From: Candidatus Methanomethylicaceae archaeon
Lineage (GTDB): Archaea > Thermoproteota > Methanomethylicia > Methanomethylicales > Methanomethylicaceae
Reading direction: 5' to 3'
NCBI GenBank assembly: GCA_025057955.1
Contig: JANXER010000005.1
Coordinates: 1 to 63,222 of the forward strand
Length of the DNA: 63,222 bases
Shown here piece after piece: positions 47,355 to 56,900 of this stretch (its first letter is position 1; each line of letters opens with the position of its first letter). The notes below the pieces were generated by a model that was not told the DNA's origin, made no database searches, and worked only from the letters and a program-made list of their open reading frames with translations. The translations under genes and the position numbers were made by a program.

Positions 47355-47498
47355 ATGAAAGGAACACCCTCCATGGGTAGGAGATCGAGAGGAAAAACTC
47401 ATATAATTTGCAGAAGATGTGGTAATCATAGCTATCATATACGTAAAAAGAAATGCGCCGCTTGTGGCTATGGAAGATCAAAGCGTAGAAATGATTGA
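47355..47498 (+). CDS. rpl37e: Ribosomal protein L37e (absent from the ORF track, 47 aa)
   Basis: It translates as [47 protein letters not shown], which has the C4 zinc ribbon and the GTPS.G.R...KTH..CRRCG signature. It lies 6 nt after the Sm gene, the classic archaeal pairing. Confidence 0.85.
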   Translation: MKGTPSMGRRSRGKTHIICRRCGNHSYHIRKKKCAACGYGRSKRRND

Positions 47499-47533
47499 AA
47501 AAATTTAAAATGAAGCCTTTCATATAGAAAAAT

Positions 47534-47622
47534 GGGCCGGTAGCTCAGCTGGCAGAGCGCCCGCTTGGCGTTGTTATACACCAAAATGCGGGAGGCCACG
47601 GGTTCAAATCCCGTCCGGTCCA
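47534..47622 (+). tRNA. tRNA-Ala (anticodon GGC) with a 16-nt canonical intron; CCA not encoded
   Basis: It folds as GGGCCGG-UA-GCUC..GAGC-G-CCCGC-UUGGCG[intron]U-GCGGG-AGGCC-ACGGG-UUCAAAU-CCCGU-CCGGUCC-A. The G3:U70 identity pair is present, and the next bases are CUU. Confidence 0.9.
47571..47586 (+). other. tRNA-Ala intron at 37/38 with a canonical BHB motif
   Basis: The central helix UUGG/CCAA is flanked by bulges CG|U and AA|U. The inner helix is UGU/ACA and the outer helix is the anticodon stem. Confidence 0.8.
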
Positions 47623-47786
47623 CTTTATCAATTTTCATTTGATTGCTAAGCGTTTTGGCATTGAGCAAGAAATATAATTAAGCAATGAGAATGAATGGCC
47701 ATCTGAAATAGAGGTTTTTAACAAACAATACCATTTAAACGAATTTAACATGCTGAACTATATCAAATAGAGCAAACTTTCAGCAA

Positions 47787-48146
47787 TCATTTATCTCCAT
47801 TCATTATAGAAAATATATTCAAGTCATCCCTTAGGACTATTCTATATTTTATGGCCTCAGTAATCATTGGCTCTCCCTTCTCCAACAATTTTTCAAACTC
47901 TTTGAGCGTTAAGGCGATAACTTGATAGCCTGGGGGTATGTCTAGATCCTTTAATCTCTTCAGTGGATTCTCTGTAAGCTCCTCTGAAATGATAAGAACA
48001 TCTATATCACTCCAAATGTTAAAATCCCCTCTAGCATAGGAGCCAATTAAGATAGCTGTAACCTTGAACTGGATTCTCGAGGCCCATTCCTTTGCCTCTA
48101 GTATACACCTTTCCCTTAACTTTCTCCTTTCTTCAATGATCTCCAT
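47787..48146 (-). CDS. Minimal nucleotidyltransferase (MNT) of a HEPN-MNT pair
   Basis: It has the GSYARGDFNIWSDIDVLII motif, is 119 aa and overlaps the HEPN gene by 31 nt. Confidence 0.8.
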   Translation of the reverse strand: MEIIEERRKLRERCILEAKEWASRIQFKVTAILIGSYARGDFNIWSDIDVLIISEELTENPLKRLKDLDIPPGYQVIALTLKEFEKLLEKGEPMITEAIKYRIVLRDDLNIFSIMNGDK

Positions 48147-48523
48147 TTCTCTTCAACCCAGCCTATTATATCCTCAGCCAACCTTATGGCATCCTCAGCA
48201 TCCTCCTTTGTATAATATTCATCTGGACTACCCTCAACCCATGCATTCGGATATCTTGTTGGCACATAATATTTATCTAAAGTCTTAACAGTCTGAATTA
48301 TTCCATCCTTAAGGATGTCCTCCATGCCCTTTAGAAGTTTTGATAAACTATGCCCATATGAAGGCATACCCAAACCCCTAAGCAGAGCTTTTACAGCAAA
48401 CTCAGCTGCTTGATGTGATTTGAAACAGGCCCAGTTATAATCGCCTCTCTCAAGATCTCCCTTTGCAGAATCTAAAGTCCTCCTACTGAAGAGCATCCAC
48501 CTCAAGTACTCACTTTCGTCCAT
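48116..48523 (-). CDS. HEPN-domain protein of a HEPN-MNT pair
   Basis: It has DYNWACFKSHQAAEFAVKALL...GHSL and a C-terminal Y.P.RYP pattern (YYVPTRYPN). Confidence 0.8.
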   Translation of the reverse strand: MDESEYLRWMLFSRRTLDSAKGDLERGDYNWACFKSHQAAEFAVKALLRGLGMPSYGHSLSKLLKGMEDILKDGIIQTVKTLDKYYVPTRYPNAWVEGSPDEYYTKEDAEDAIRLAEDIIGWVEEKWRSLKKGES

Positions 48524-48792
48524 AAACTTTTCACAATAATCTAAACCGTGAGTTATTTTTTAACTTTCTGGGTTGAGAGAAATGATAGAACACCTTTAAG
48601 TCATTTGAGCATTAAAAACCTCAACTTCATGGTGATTGGTTTACATCGCCTCCCTTTTATTATATAATGCAATTTTGACCAATTTATTTTTCAGCTTTTC
48701 ACTGTATATGCTATCCTCAATCTTCTCACATCATTTTCCATAGGATCAATTCAAAGGATCAATTCATCAAAATAAAAATTTAATAAATTACC

Positions 48793-49203
48793 TCAATCAA
48801 TTCTTTCATTGAGATGAATTAATTTCTCTATAAGCTTCAATACCCTCTCTTTTATTATATCCCTAATTTTTCTAGCCTCTTCTAAGGACATTTTAGCTGG
48901 ATCTGGCAAATTCCAATTTTCAACATATTTAGCATTAACAGCTGGGCATAGAGAACCACTACAAACTATTATAACCACATCAGCCTCTTTCTGATACTCC
49001 TTTTTCATCAACTTAGGCCTTTTATCGCTTATATCTATTCCTTCCTCTTGCATTAGTTTAATGGCATTTGGATGTACATTTTCTGCAGGCATTAGGCCAG
49101 CACTTATTGCCCTCCATCCCTTAGGTGCAAATTTATTAAAATAGGCCTCAGCAATTTGACTTCTAAAACTATTTTCAACACATACAAATAGAATGGTCTT
49201 CAA
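48793..49203 (-). CDS. arsC: Low-molecular-weight phosphatase-family protein (ArsC-type arsenate reductase / LMW-PTP)
   Basis: It has the P-loop ILFVCVENSFRSQIAEA (CX5R) and a later VCSGSLCP pair of Cys, as in thioredoxin-coupled ArsC. Confidence 0.6.
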   Translation of the reverse strand: MKTILFVCVENSFRSQIAEAYFNKFAPKGWRAISAGLMPAENVHPNAIKLMQEEGIDISDKRPKLMKKEYQKEADVVIIVCSGSLCPAVNAKYVENWNLPDPAKMSLEEARKIRDIIKERVLKLIEKLIHLNERID

Positions 49204-49549
49204 TTATATACACCTTAATTTCATTACTCAGCATTACTAGTTTAAAAGAATTTTCCCTAAATATTATTAATTTTTATAAATATTTTTACTAATATTATTA
49301 AATTTTTTATAATTTCAAAATTTATAAAAAATAGGTTTATATTTAGAAATATAATTCTATTAAAATTATAATGAATTGAAAGAATTATGTGATCAAATGA
49401 ATGGGAAATATATTGTCAATTCATGACAACTTTAGATTAATTTCTGATAAAATAGAGGATATGTTAAATTCATAAATGAAAATTAGCTAATTAGCTAAGG
49501 CTGCAAAAACTTATTGCAATTAGAGGGAAATGCCTTCAGTAAATTAAGC

Positions 49550-49942
49550 TTATTCCAAAATACTCATCAATGAAAAGCTCATCTGTCTCACATTAGCGCT
49601 TGCCTTAAGTCCATCCATTAACTTCTTTAACTTCTCCACCCTTCCTTTTATTACCATTACTTCCAAACAATTTTTTTCATCTACATGAACGTGAACAAAT
49701 GCAATTATTATATCTCCGAATTCATGTTGTAATTTTTCTGTGGCCTTTTCTCCCTTTTCATAGAGGACGCTAAGTGTGCCAATTACTTCACCCTTTATGC
49801 TCTCCAAAGTTTTATGCTCATATATGTACTTTCTCAGAGCATGTCTCAAGATTTCTGATCGACTAATGTACCATTCTTTACTTAGCATTTTGTTTAACTC
49901 TTCCAAGAGTTCATCTGGAATAGATATGCTTACTATTACCAC
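49550..49942 (-). CDS. nikR: NikR-family nickel-responsive ribbon-helix-helix regulator
   Basis: It has an N-terminal RHH (VSISIPDELLEEL......SRSEILRHALRKYI). The C-terminal metal site is HEF...FVHVHVDEKNCLEVMVIKG, which matches the NikR H-x-H...C signature. Confidence 0.8.
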   Translation of the reverse strand: MVIVSISIPDELLEELNKMLSKEWYISRSEILRHALRKYIYEHKTLESIKGEVIGTLSVLYEKGEKATEKLQHEFGDIIIAFVHVHVDEKNCLEVMVIKGRVEKLKKLMDGLKASANVRQMSFSLMSILE

Positions 49943-50787
49943 CTCTTTCTCACCACTATTATCATATATATCAATAAGAGAATTAATACAATCATGGCTG
50001 AAGTTGCTATTCTATAGTATGCTGATATGATTATACCAGAGATTACTCCAATAATGGCTATTGTAATAGAGGAAATTAAGGTTTTTATGAAAGAGCATTT
50101 CAGTCTTAATGCTGCTAGAGCTGGTATTACCATAAGAGCTACGACTAACACTGTTCCAACCATCTTTATGGATAATATTATAGCAACTGCAATCATTAGA
50201 TTGAAGCATATTGAAATCCTTCTCACGGGTATTCCCATTATTTTCGCCTCATCCTCATTGAAGATAATGGCTAAAATCTCCCTATGAAAATTGCTTAGAA
50301 ATGCTGCTATAGAAGTTGCAAGCAAGGTTATCAAAATAATTTCCTCTCTACTTATTGTAAGTATGGAACCGAAGAGAAAAGAAAAGATATCAACACCAAA
50401 ACCTCTAGTTACACTAATTATAGCAAGGCCAATAGAGAATCCTACAGCTAACATGAGTGCAATGGCTGAATCCGAATAAGCATGCCCTTTACTTCTCATA
50501 TGGCTAATTAAAAATATTGAAATTATCGATACAATCAATGCTGTTAGAAATGGATCGATGCCTATTAAGAGACCAAGCGCTAATCCTCCAAAAGCCGTAT
50601 GAGCAGCTCCATCAACAATCATTGATTCCTTTTTGAGAACCAAGAATAGTCCTATCCATGCTGATATTATTCCTATTAATATTCCTCCAATAATTGCATT
50701 TTGAAAAAATTGATAATTAAGAAGTTCAATCAACAAATTCACCTCTACATTCATGTCTATGAAATACAAAGTAGAAGTGTTCTCCAT
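49936..50787 (-). CDS. Metal ABC transporter permease (ZnuB/TroC/MntB family)
   Basis: It has 8-9 TM helices and a family-typical length. It overlaps both neighbours, and the start may be M12 (50754). Confidence 0.8.
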   Translation of the reverse strand: MENTSTLYFIDMNVEVNLLIELLNYQFFQNAIIGGILIGIISAWIGLFLVLKKESMIVDGAAHTAFGGLALGLLIGIDPFLTALIVSIISIFLISHMRSKGHAYSDSAIALMLAVGFSIGLAIISVTRGFGVDIFSFLFGSILTISREEIILITLLATSIAAFLSNFHREILAIIFNEDEAKIMGIPVRRISICFNLMIAVAIILSIKMVGTVLVVALMVIPALAALRLKCSFIKTLISSITIAIIGVISGIIISAYYRIATSAMIVLILLLIYMIIVVRKRW

Positions 50788-51487
50788 AAGCCTTTCTTAA
50801 AACTTCTTCAGCTTCCTTTCCAACTTTTGCCACATAAACTTCTTTATTAACACATATCACCTTATTCATTTTACAAAATACTACAGATAAATCATGAGAT
50901 ACCATAAGTATGGTTACATTCATTTTATGATTTAATTCAGACATTTTTTGATAGAATTTTTCTTGAATCGATGCATCCATGCCAGCTATTGGCTCATCAA
51001 GTATTAATACCTCTGGCTTTCTTACTAAAGCTCTAGCTACGAACATTCTTTGCTTTTGTCCTTCTGAAAGCTCCCCTATTCTCTTATTTGCAACCTCAGC
51101 TAATCCCATGAATTCTAATGCTAAATCAACCTCCTCCCAATCCTCTCTATTAATTTTCCTTCCAGCCTTTCTTCCAAGCCTTCCAAGAACTACAAACTCT
51201 TTTACTGATAGAGGAAAATTTCTATCGAAATTTGTGGCATCTTGTGGTATGAATGCAATTCTATGCCAATCCTTGAAATCTTTCAACTCCTTTCCAAACC
51301 ACTTAATTGATCCACTAATTCTGGGAATTCTACCAAGTATAGCTAAAAGTAATGTAGTTTTTCCTCCACCATTCGGCCCAATAATTCCAATGTAATCTCC
51401 TTTTAGAACTTCAAATTCCGCTCCATCTATTACAATCCTTCCATTTCTTATCACTTTTAATTCCTTTACTTCTAAAACTTTCTCCAT
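50726..51487 (-). CDS. Metal ABC transporter ATP-binding protein (ZnuC/TroB family)
   Basis: It has Walker A GPNGGGKTT, the signature LSEGQKQR and Walker B LILDEP. Confidence 0.9.
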   Translation of the reverse strand: MEKVLEVKELKVIRNGRIVIDGAEFEVLKGDYIGIIGPNGGGKTTLLLAILGRIPRISGSIKWFGKELKDFKDWHRIAFIPQDATNFDRNFPLSVKEFVVLGRLGRKAGRKINREDWEEVDLALEFMGLAEVANKRIGELSEGQKQRMFVARALVRKPEVLILDEPIAGMDASIQEKFYQKMSELNHKMNVTILMVSHDLSVVFCKMNKVICVNKEVYVAKVGKEAEEVLRKAYGEHFYFVFHRHECRGEFVD

Positions 51488-51491
51488 ATTA

Positions 51492-52385
51492 TCATCCCAA
51501 TCCCTTCTTTAATGCCTTCAAATTTTCCTCAAGTTGTTCTAAATAGTCCTTTCCATCAATTGGCCCTAACATCAAGTAGAGCTCTTCTATTTCAACATTT
51601 GGGACTTCTTTTTTAATAGTTTCAATATAAGCCTTTGGATAAGTTGGATCAGTGTAAATTATCGTAATATTATGCTTTATAATTAAGTCTATTATTTCCT
51701 TAATTACTATAGCACTTGGCTCCTCCTCAGCTGAAATACCAATTACTCCAATTTGCTTAAAACCATATCTTACAGCTAAATAGCCAAAAGCTTCATGAGA
51801 AACAATAATTACTTCTCTTTTCTTATTCAAAAGCTCTTTTTGATATTTTAAGTCTAAATCTTCTAATTTAGTTTTCAATTCATTGAATCTTTCTTGATAA
51901 TAGCTCTTTCCTTTAGGATCCTTTTCCATAAGAGCAAGGAATATTTTCTCAGCTTGCCTCATGGCCATATAGGGAGAGATCCAAGTATGTGGATCAGTTT
52001 CACCATTATGCTCTATCAATGGAAGATCCTTCGTAGTATCTATTATTAATTTATCTCTTACGTTTACTAATTTCATTATTTCATACTTTAACCAATCATC
52101 CATTCCTGCTCCATTGATGACTACTACATCAGCTTTTTGCACCTCCAATATATCTGAAGGAGAGGGCTGCCAATGATGAGGATCCACGTTATAAGGTATT
52201 AATGTTGTTACTGTTATTCTTTCTCCTCCTATTTTCTCAGTTAAGTAAGCTAAGGGATAGAAGGTTACTACTACTCTTATTTTACCTTCATTTATCAAAT
52301 ATGGATTAGGGGATGTGAATATAAGTGCTATAATAGATGCCATAATAGATGCTAAAATAATCAAAGCAATTATGCGCCCTTTCAT
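51492..52385 (-). CDS. Metal ABC transporter substrate-binding protein (cluster A-I, ZnuA/TroA/MntC family)
   Basis: It has an N-terminal anchor and the motifs DPHHWQPSP and DPHTWISP. A long linking helix pattern connects to a second lobe carrying SHEAFGYL. Confidence 0.85.
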   Translation of the reverse strand: MKGRIIALIILASIMASIIALIFTSPNPYLINEGKIRVVVTFYPLAYLTEKIGGERITVTTLIPYNVDPHHWQPSPSDILEVQKADVVVINGAGMDDWLKYEIMKLVNVRDKLIIDTTKDLPLIEHNGETDPHTWISPYMAMRQAEKIFLALMEKDPKGKSYYQERFNELKTKLEDLDLKYQKELLNKKREVIIVSHEAFGYLAVRYGFKQIGVIGISAEEEPSAIVIKEIIDLIIKHNITIIYTDPTYPKAYIETIKKEVPNVEIEELYLMLGPIDGKDYLEQLEENLKALKKGLG

Positions 52386-52508
52386 ATGCTACATTATTGC
52401 TTCTCAATTTATTAATTTTTCTATAATTTTTTAATAAAAATTATTAATTTAAAATTTAGAATTAATAATTGCGAAAGAATTATCATTAAGGGAGGGAATT
52501 AATTTACT

Positions 52509-53369
52509 ATGGCTGATAGACCGAGATTTGGACCAGCAGGAATTCCACCCTCTTTTAGGGAAATGAAAGCAAGCCTTCTAGATGTTCCAAGATTATTGAG
52601 AGAAGAGGGTCTTGATGCTTTTGAATATCAAGCTGTTCGCTGGGGGGAAAAACCTCAGATAAAACAGAAGGATGCTGAGGCCTTTGGAATAAAAGCTAAA
52701 GAAAATGATGTGATTTTAAGTATTCATGCCTCATATTTTATCAATTTTTGCGGAAATAAAGATATAGTAAGAGCAAGTAGAAATAGATTGATAGCATGTG
52801 CTTTAGCCTCAAATTGGATGAGAGCTAGTCCAGTAGTTTTTCATGTTGGATACTATGGTGGAAGAAGCCCAAGGGAAACTCTTGAGCATTGTAAGAATGA
52901 GCTAAAGAGTTTAGTTGAAGAGCTTAAGTCAATGGGTATAAATTCAAGCCTAGGTCCGGAGACCATGGGGAAACTTTCTCAATTTGGATCTCTTGAGGAA
53001 ATAATATCACTTTGTGAACACATTGAAGGTCTGAAACCAGTAATAGATTGGGCTCATTTACATGCAAGAGATGTTGGAAAATTTAAAACTATAGAGGATT
53101 ATAGAGAGGTTTTAATTACTATAGAGAATAGGCTTGGATCAGAGTATCTTAAAGACTTACATTGTCACTTCACAAAAATAGAGTTTACAAATAAAGGAGA
53201 GAGGCAACATCATACTTTAGATGAAGAGGGTTATGGGCCTAATTTTGAACTATTAGCTGAAGTAATTATAGAGTTTAAAATTGCTCCAATAATAATAAGT
53301 GAAAGTCCAGTGCTTGATGTTGATGCTATAAAAATGAAGAATATCTTAATGAAAAAAATGAAATTTTAG
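52509..53369 (+). CDS. nfo: Endonuclease IV-like xylose-isomerase-fold TIM-barrel protein
   Basis: It has the motifs SIHASYFINF, VVFHVGYY, GPETMG, DWAHLHA and LHCHF, which resemble AP endonuclease family 2 metal ligands. Confidence 0.6.
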   Translation: MADRPRFGPAGIPPSFREMKASLLDVPRLLREEGLDAFEYQAVRWGEKPQIKQKDAEAFGIKAKENDVILSIHASYFINFCGNKDIVRASRNRLIACALASNWMRASPVVFHVGYYGGRSPRETLEHCKNELKSLVEELKSMGINSSLGPETMGKLSQFGSLEEIISLCEHIEGLKPVIDWAHLHARDVGKFKTIEDYREVLITIENRLGSEYLKDLHCHFTKIEFTNKGERQHHTLDEEGYGPNFELLAEVIIEFKIAPIIISESPVLDVDAIKMKNILMKKMKF

Positions 53370-53623
53370 AGACCTGCTTCTCTCAAGGCCTCCCTTAAAG
53401 TCTCCTCACTTGGGCAAACGCCTATTATTCTTATGTCCTTATCTATAACAATGGCTGGGCCCATCTCTATGCCATATTCATTGAGCTTTGGATTAATTCC
53501 TCTATAGATTTCAATTTCTATTCTATCTTTGTATTCTTCCTTTATTTTCTCTATAAGTTTAAGTAAGTTTCTTCCTCCTGAACATGGAGGCTCTGATACA
53601 AATACTTCAACCTTTATTGCCAT
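53366..53623 (-). CDS. Thioredoxin-fold small protein, paralog B (CSGG instead of CxxC)
   Basis: MAIKVEVFVSEPPCSGGRNLL... aligns with the upstream paralog but lacks the second Cys. I prefer the start at 53623, just after the upstream stop. Confidence 0.6.
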   Translation of the reverse strand: MAIKVEVFVSEPPCSGGRNLLKLIEKIKEEYKDRIEIEIYRGINPKLNEYGIEMGPAIVIDKDIRIIGVCPSEETLREALREAGL

Positions 53624-53625
53624 AA

Positions 53626-53895
53626 TTACACCCCCATTTCCTTCAATGCATTTTCTATAGTTTTCATGCTGGGGCAAACTCCCATGATCTTTATTTTACC
53701 TTCATTAAACACAATGGCTGGAACTACTGTTAATCCATATTTTTTGAACTCCTCACAAGGTCCCATGTGTTTTATCACTTCTACTCTATCTCCATATTTG
53801 CTTTTTATTATATCGCAGTATTCTAAGAGCTTAGCACAGCCTGGACATGGCGGTTGGGCTGTAAATGCCTCTACCTTAACCACCATATTACTCAC
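53626..53895 (-). CDS. Thioredoxin-fold small protein, paralog A (CPGC active site)
   Basis: It has VKVEAFTAQPPCPGCAKLLEY...VPAIVFNEGKIKIMGVCPS, a redox-active-disulfide-protein-like layout. Confidence 0.65.
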   Translation of the reverse strand: MSNMVVKVEAFTAQPPCPGCAKLLEYCDIIKSKYGDRVEVIKHMGPCEEFKKYGLTVVPAIVFNEGKIKIMGVCPSMKTIENALKEMGV

Positions 53896-53987
53896 CGAAT
53901 TTTTTTAATAATTATCCTCAATTTAAGCTTATAGCACGAGCCTTCAACCGCCTTATAAATTCATATTAATGTAGATTTTATGAGGCT

Positions 53988-56900
53988 ATGATGAATATAA
54001 AACATTTTGTATTTTTACTTACCACTGTTTCTTTACTTACTATTGTTTTCTCAGTACAACCAATATTGGCTTATTCCGAGAGCCAATATATACCATATTC
54101 TAACTTTAATTTCATATATAATTTATCTCCTGCTGGATTAGATGAAGGTCAAAAAATTGGATTCATTCAAAATCACCCTATTCGTGAAAATATTGCGGAA
54201 TGGGGTTGGTTTAATCTTCGTGTCAGGGCATATGCAGCAACCCCCATAGGTGGAACACAGCCCTATAGACCTAATGTTAATGTTACAGCTGAGCTATATT
54301 ATTCAGGAAGCTTTTGGCGTCCATTTAGCTATGTTGAATCTAGAACGATAAATCCATCTATTGAGGTTTTAGATTTTAAAATACCATATGATCCATTTGG
54401 CAATCAAATAGGAAATTCTAGTTATGGATATTCAACGCTTAGCATGAATACATCGGGAAGTATGAACTATAGTATTAGGCTAGCTCAATTATATGCCTCA
54501 GCAGATTATTGGTTTAGCAATCATGAAGCTCTCTTTGAATGGGCTGTAGCGGATGTTAAATTGAAAATGATTACAGGGGCAATTTTAACATTTTATTGGA
54601 CTGAGATTGCTTCAATTCAATGTTCTTCAAGCCCTTCAGTGGGTTATCCTATATTGTTTATAGCCATGATAAGGGATGGTGTGCCTCCTTATAATATTAA
54701 ATGGAATTTTGAGGGGCGAATAATTGAACAACAAGTACAAGGAAAAATAGGAGAGAGTGTTTTCACAAGCATACAATATACCTTTACAACACCTGGTAAT
54801 TATAATATAACTTTAACAGCAATAGATTCCATGGGAATTTCAGATACAAAGTGGATTTTGATTAAAGTTTCTTCAGTTTATTTAACCATACAAACATCCA
54901 TAGGTGGAACAACAAACCCTCCTCCTGGCATATATAGCTATATGAAGGGTGAGCAGATTTCCATTCAAGCTCTGCCAAGCCCTGAATATGTATTGGGTTG
55001 GTGGGAATTGGATGGTGTTATTTCTGGGGATGAGGATTCCTTTCGTATCATTATGGATAGAAATCATACAGTTAAAGCGATTTTTGTACAAAGGCTTATT
55101 GCATCATTAACAGCAGCCCCCTCCTTTGGATTAGTTCCATTAAATACAACATTCACATGTATTACATCTGGAGGCCTTTCGCCCTATAGCTATGAATTGG
55201 AATTTGGGGATTCAGGCGTTTTTATTTTGAATCAGAGCAATTTTACGACGATTCAAACTTGGCATGTTTACTCTCAAGCTGGAAATTATAATGCTAAATT
55301 AACTATAGTGGACTCTATGGGAAGAAAAGGCTATGCTTCTACAACAGTAATAGTTCAAAATCCCTTGGGGTTGGATATAACACTTTCGAAATCAAATGAT
55401 ATAATTATAGCTCCTGGACAAACTGGGACATCTATTATATATGTAAATGCATCAAGAGCAGAACCTGTTTTACTTTCAATGCAATGGATTGGAAATGTAC
55501 CAGCTGATGTATTTTCATCAATAAATCCAACGTCATTAATTCCAAATGGAACTGCCATGCTTATAATATCAGCAGATTCAAAAACTCCATTGGGCAATTA
55601 CGTTTGTAGAATTATAGGTACTGCTGGAAATACTACAGCATATGTGGATGTTCATGTAAGTATATTACAGCGAATCTATTATCTTACAATATCTTCAGCT
55701 AATGGTGGAACTACAGAACCACCTCCTGGAATATATGCTCATCCATCTGGATCGATTGTTCATATAAAGGCAATTCCAAATGTGAATTGGAGTTTATCTG
55801 CTTGGAGAGTTGATGGATTGTTATCTGGGGGTAATGAGGTTTTAATTATAAAAATGGATGGAAATAGAACCATACAACCAATATTCCTTCAGAATAACTT
55901 TTCTCAATCACAATTTATTATTGATGTAAAATATTTTGAAGCAGGTGTATGGAGATCTGGCTCACAGAGTAATCCATTGGATTTCTCAAAATATGGAGCA
56001 GTGAAATGGAACATAAGTAATATAGAACTTCTATCTCCCATCACCATATCTACAACTTTAGGATCTCAAATTTCCATTCAATTTGATCCATTAAATACAG
56101 ATAATAAGTTTATTAGCACTTGGGGGGGAAAGCCAAAATCAAAAGTATGGTCAGCTAGATTATATACAACAAGCGGCAGCTATAATAATGATATATTACC
56201 TTCACTAATAACATATCCTTCTTCTTATTCGGCTATAGTTCTTCCACCTTCATCAATATTAGAAATAAAATTGAAGTGGATGGATTATCCTATAAATGTT
56301 ACATGCAATGCCCCTTGGGGCTATGTTTATGTTACATCAAATTCCCCAGGATGGGAGCTATATGATTATTCAAAGTATGAAAATGGATTTGGAGTTTATT
56401 ATGTAGATCATGGACATAAATTTTCCATTACCGCCATACCTTTTACAGGATATTATCTTGATAGAATTGAGGTTAATGGAACATGTTATTATAGAGATTA
56501 CGTTATAATTGAGGATGTGAGGGCGCCCCATGATATTAAAGTCTATTTCTCAGCCATTTCACCCACATTTATTTTGACAATTATTTCTACCGAGGGTGGA
56601 ACAACAATTCCATCACCTGGCAATTACGCTGTACCGCGCTATAGCACTCAAACCATTAAAGCTCAAGTTATAAATGCATCGTATTATTTCACAGGTTGGA
56701 TGGTTAATGGATTTCCAGCGGGTTTGAATGATAGCATTTCAATCTATATGGATGGGGATAAAATAGCTATGGCAACCTTCGATACAGATTTGCTAGCGCT
56801 TGTAGGACCATGTAGTCTCATCAATGGAAATATGTTCAAAAGAGTGATTATAAATGAAAAATTTGGAATTAATGTGACATGGCAAGTGCCAGGGGTTAAA

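Noticed and set aside
47238-47668. Three minus-strand 66-aa ORFs (47238-47438, 47323-47523, 47468-47668) cover the Sm/L37e/tRNA-Ala region.
   Set aside because: They overlap the Sm gene, the clearly recognisable L37e gene and the tRNA-Ala gene, so they are antisense artefacts.
47670-47760. A possible C/D-box-like arrangement (aATGAGAaTGAATGG...CTGA ... CTGA) lies downstream of tRNA-Ala.
   Set aside because: The box spacing does not fit a C-D'-C'-D layout, no C' box is present, and there is no terminal stem.
49204-49549. A 346-bp extremely AT-rich spacer containing two GGGAAAT-containing words might be a replication origin with ORB-like elements.
   Set aside because: No orc1/cdc6 gene is adjacent. 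The two words are not convincing mini-ORB matches and are not arranged as inverted repeats around a unwinding element. It is more simply a promoter or spacer region upstream of the arsC-like gene.
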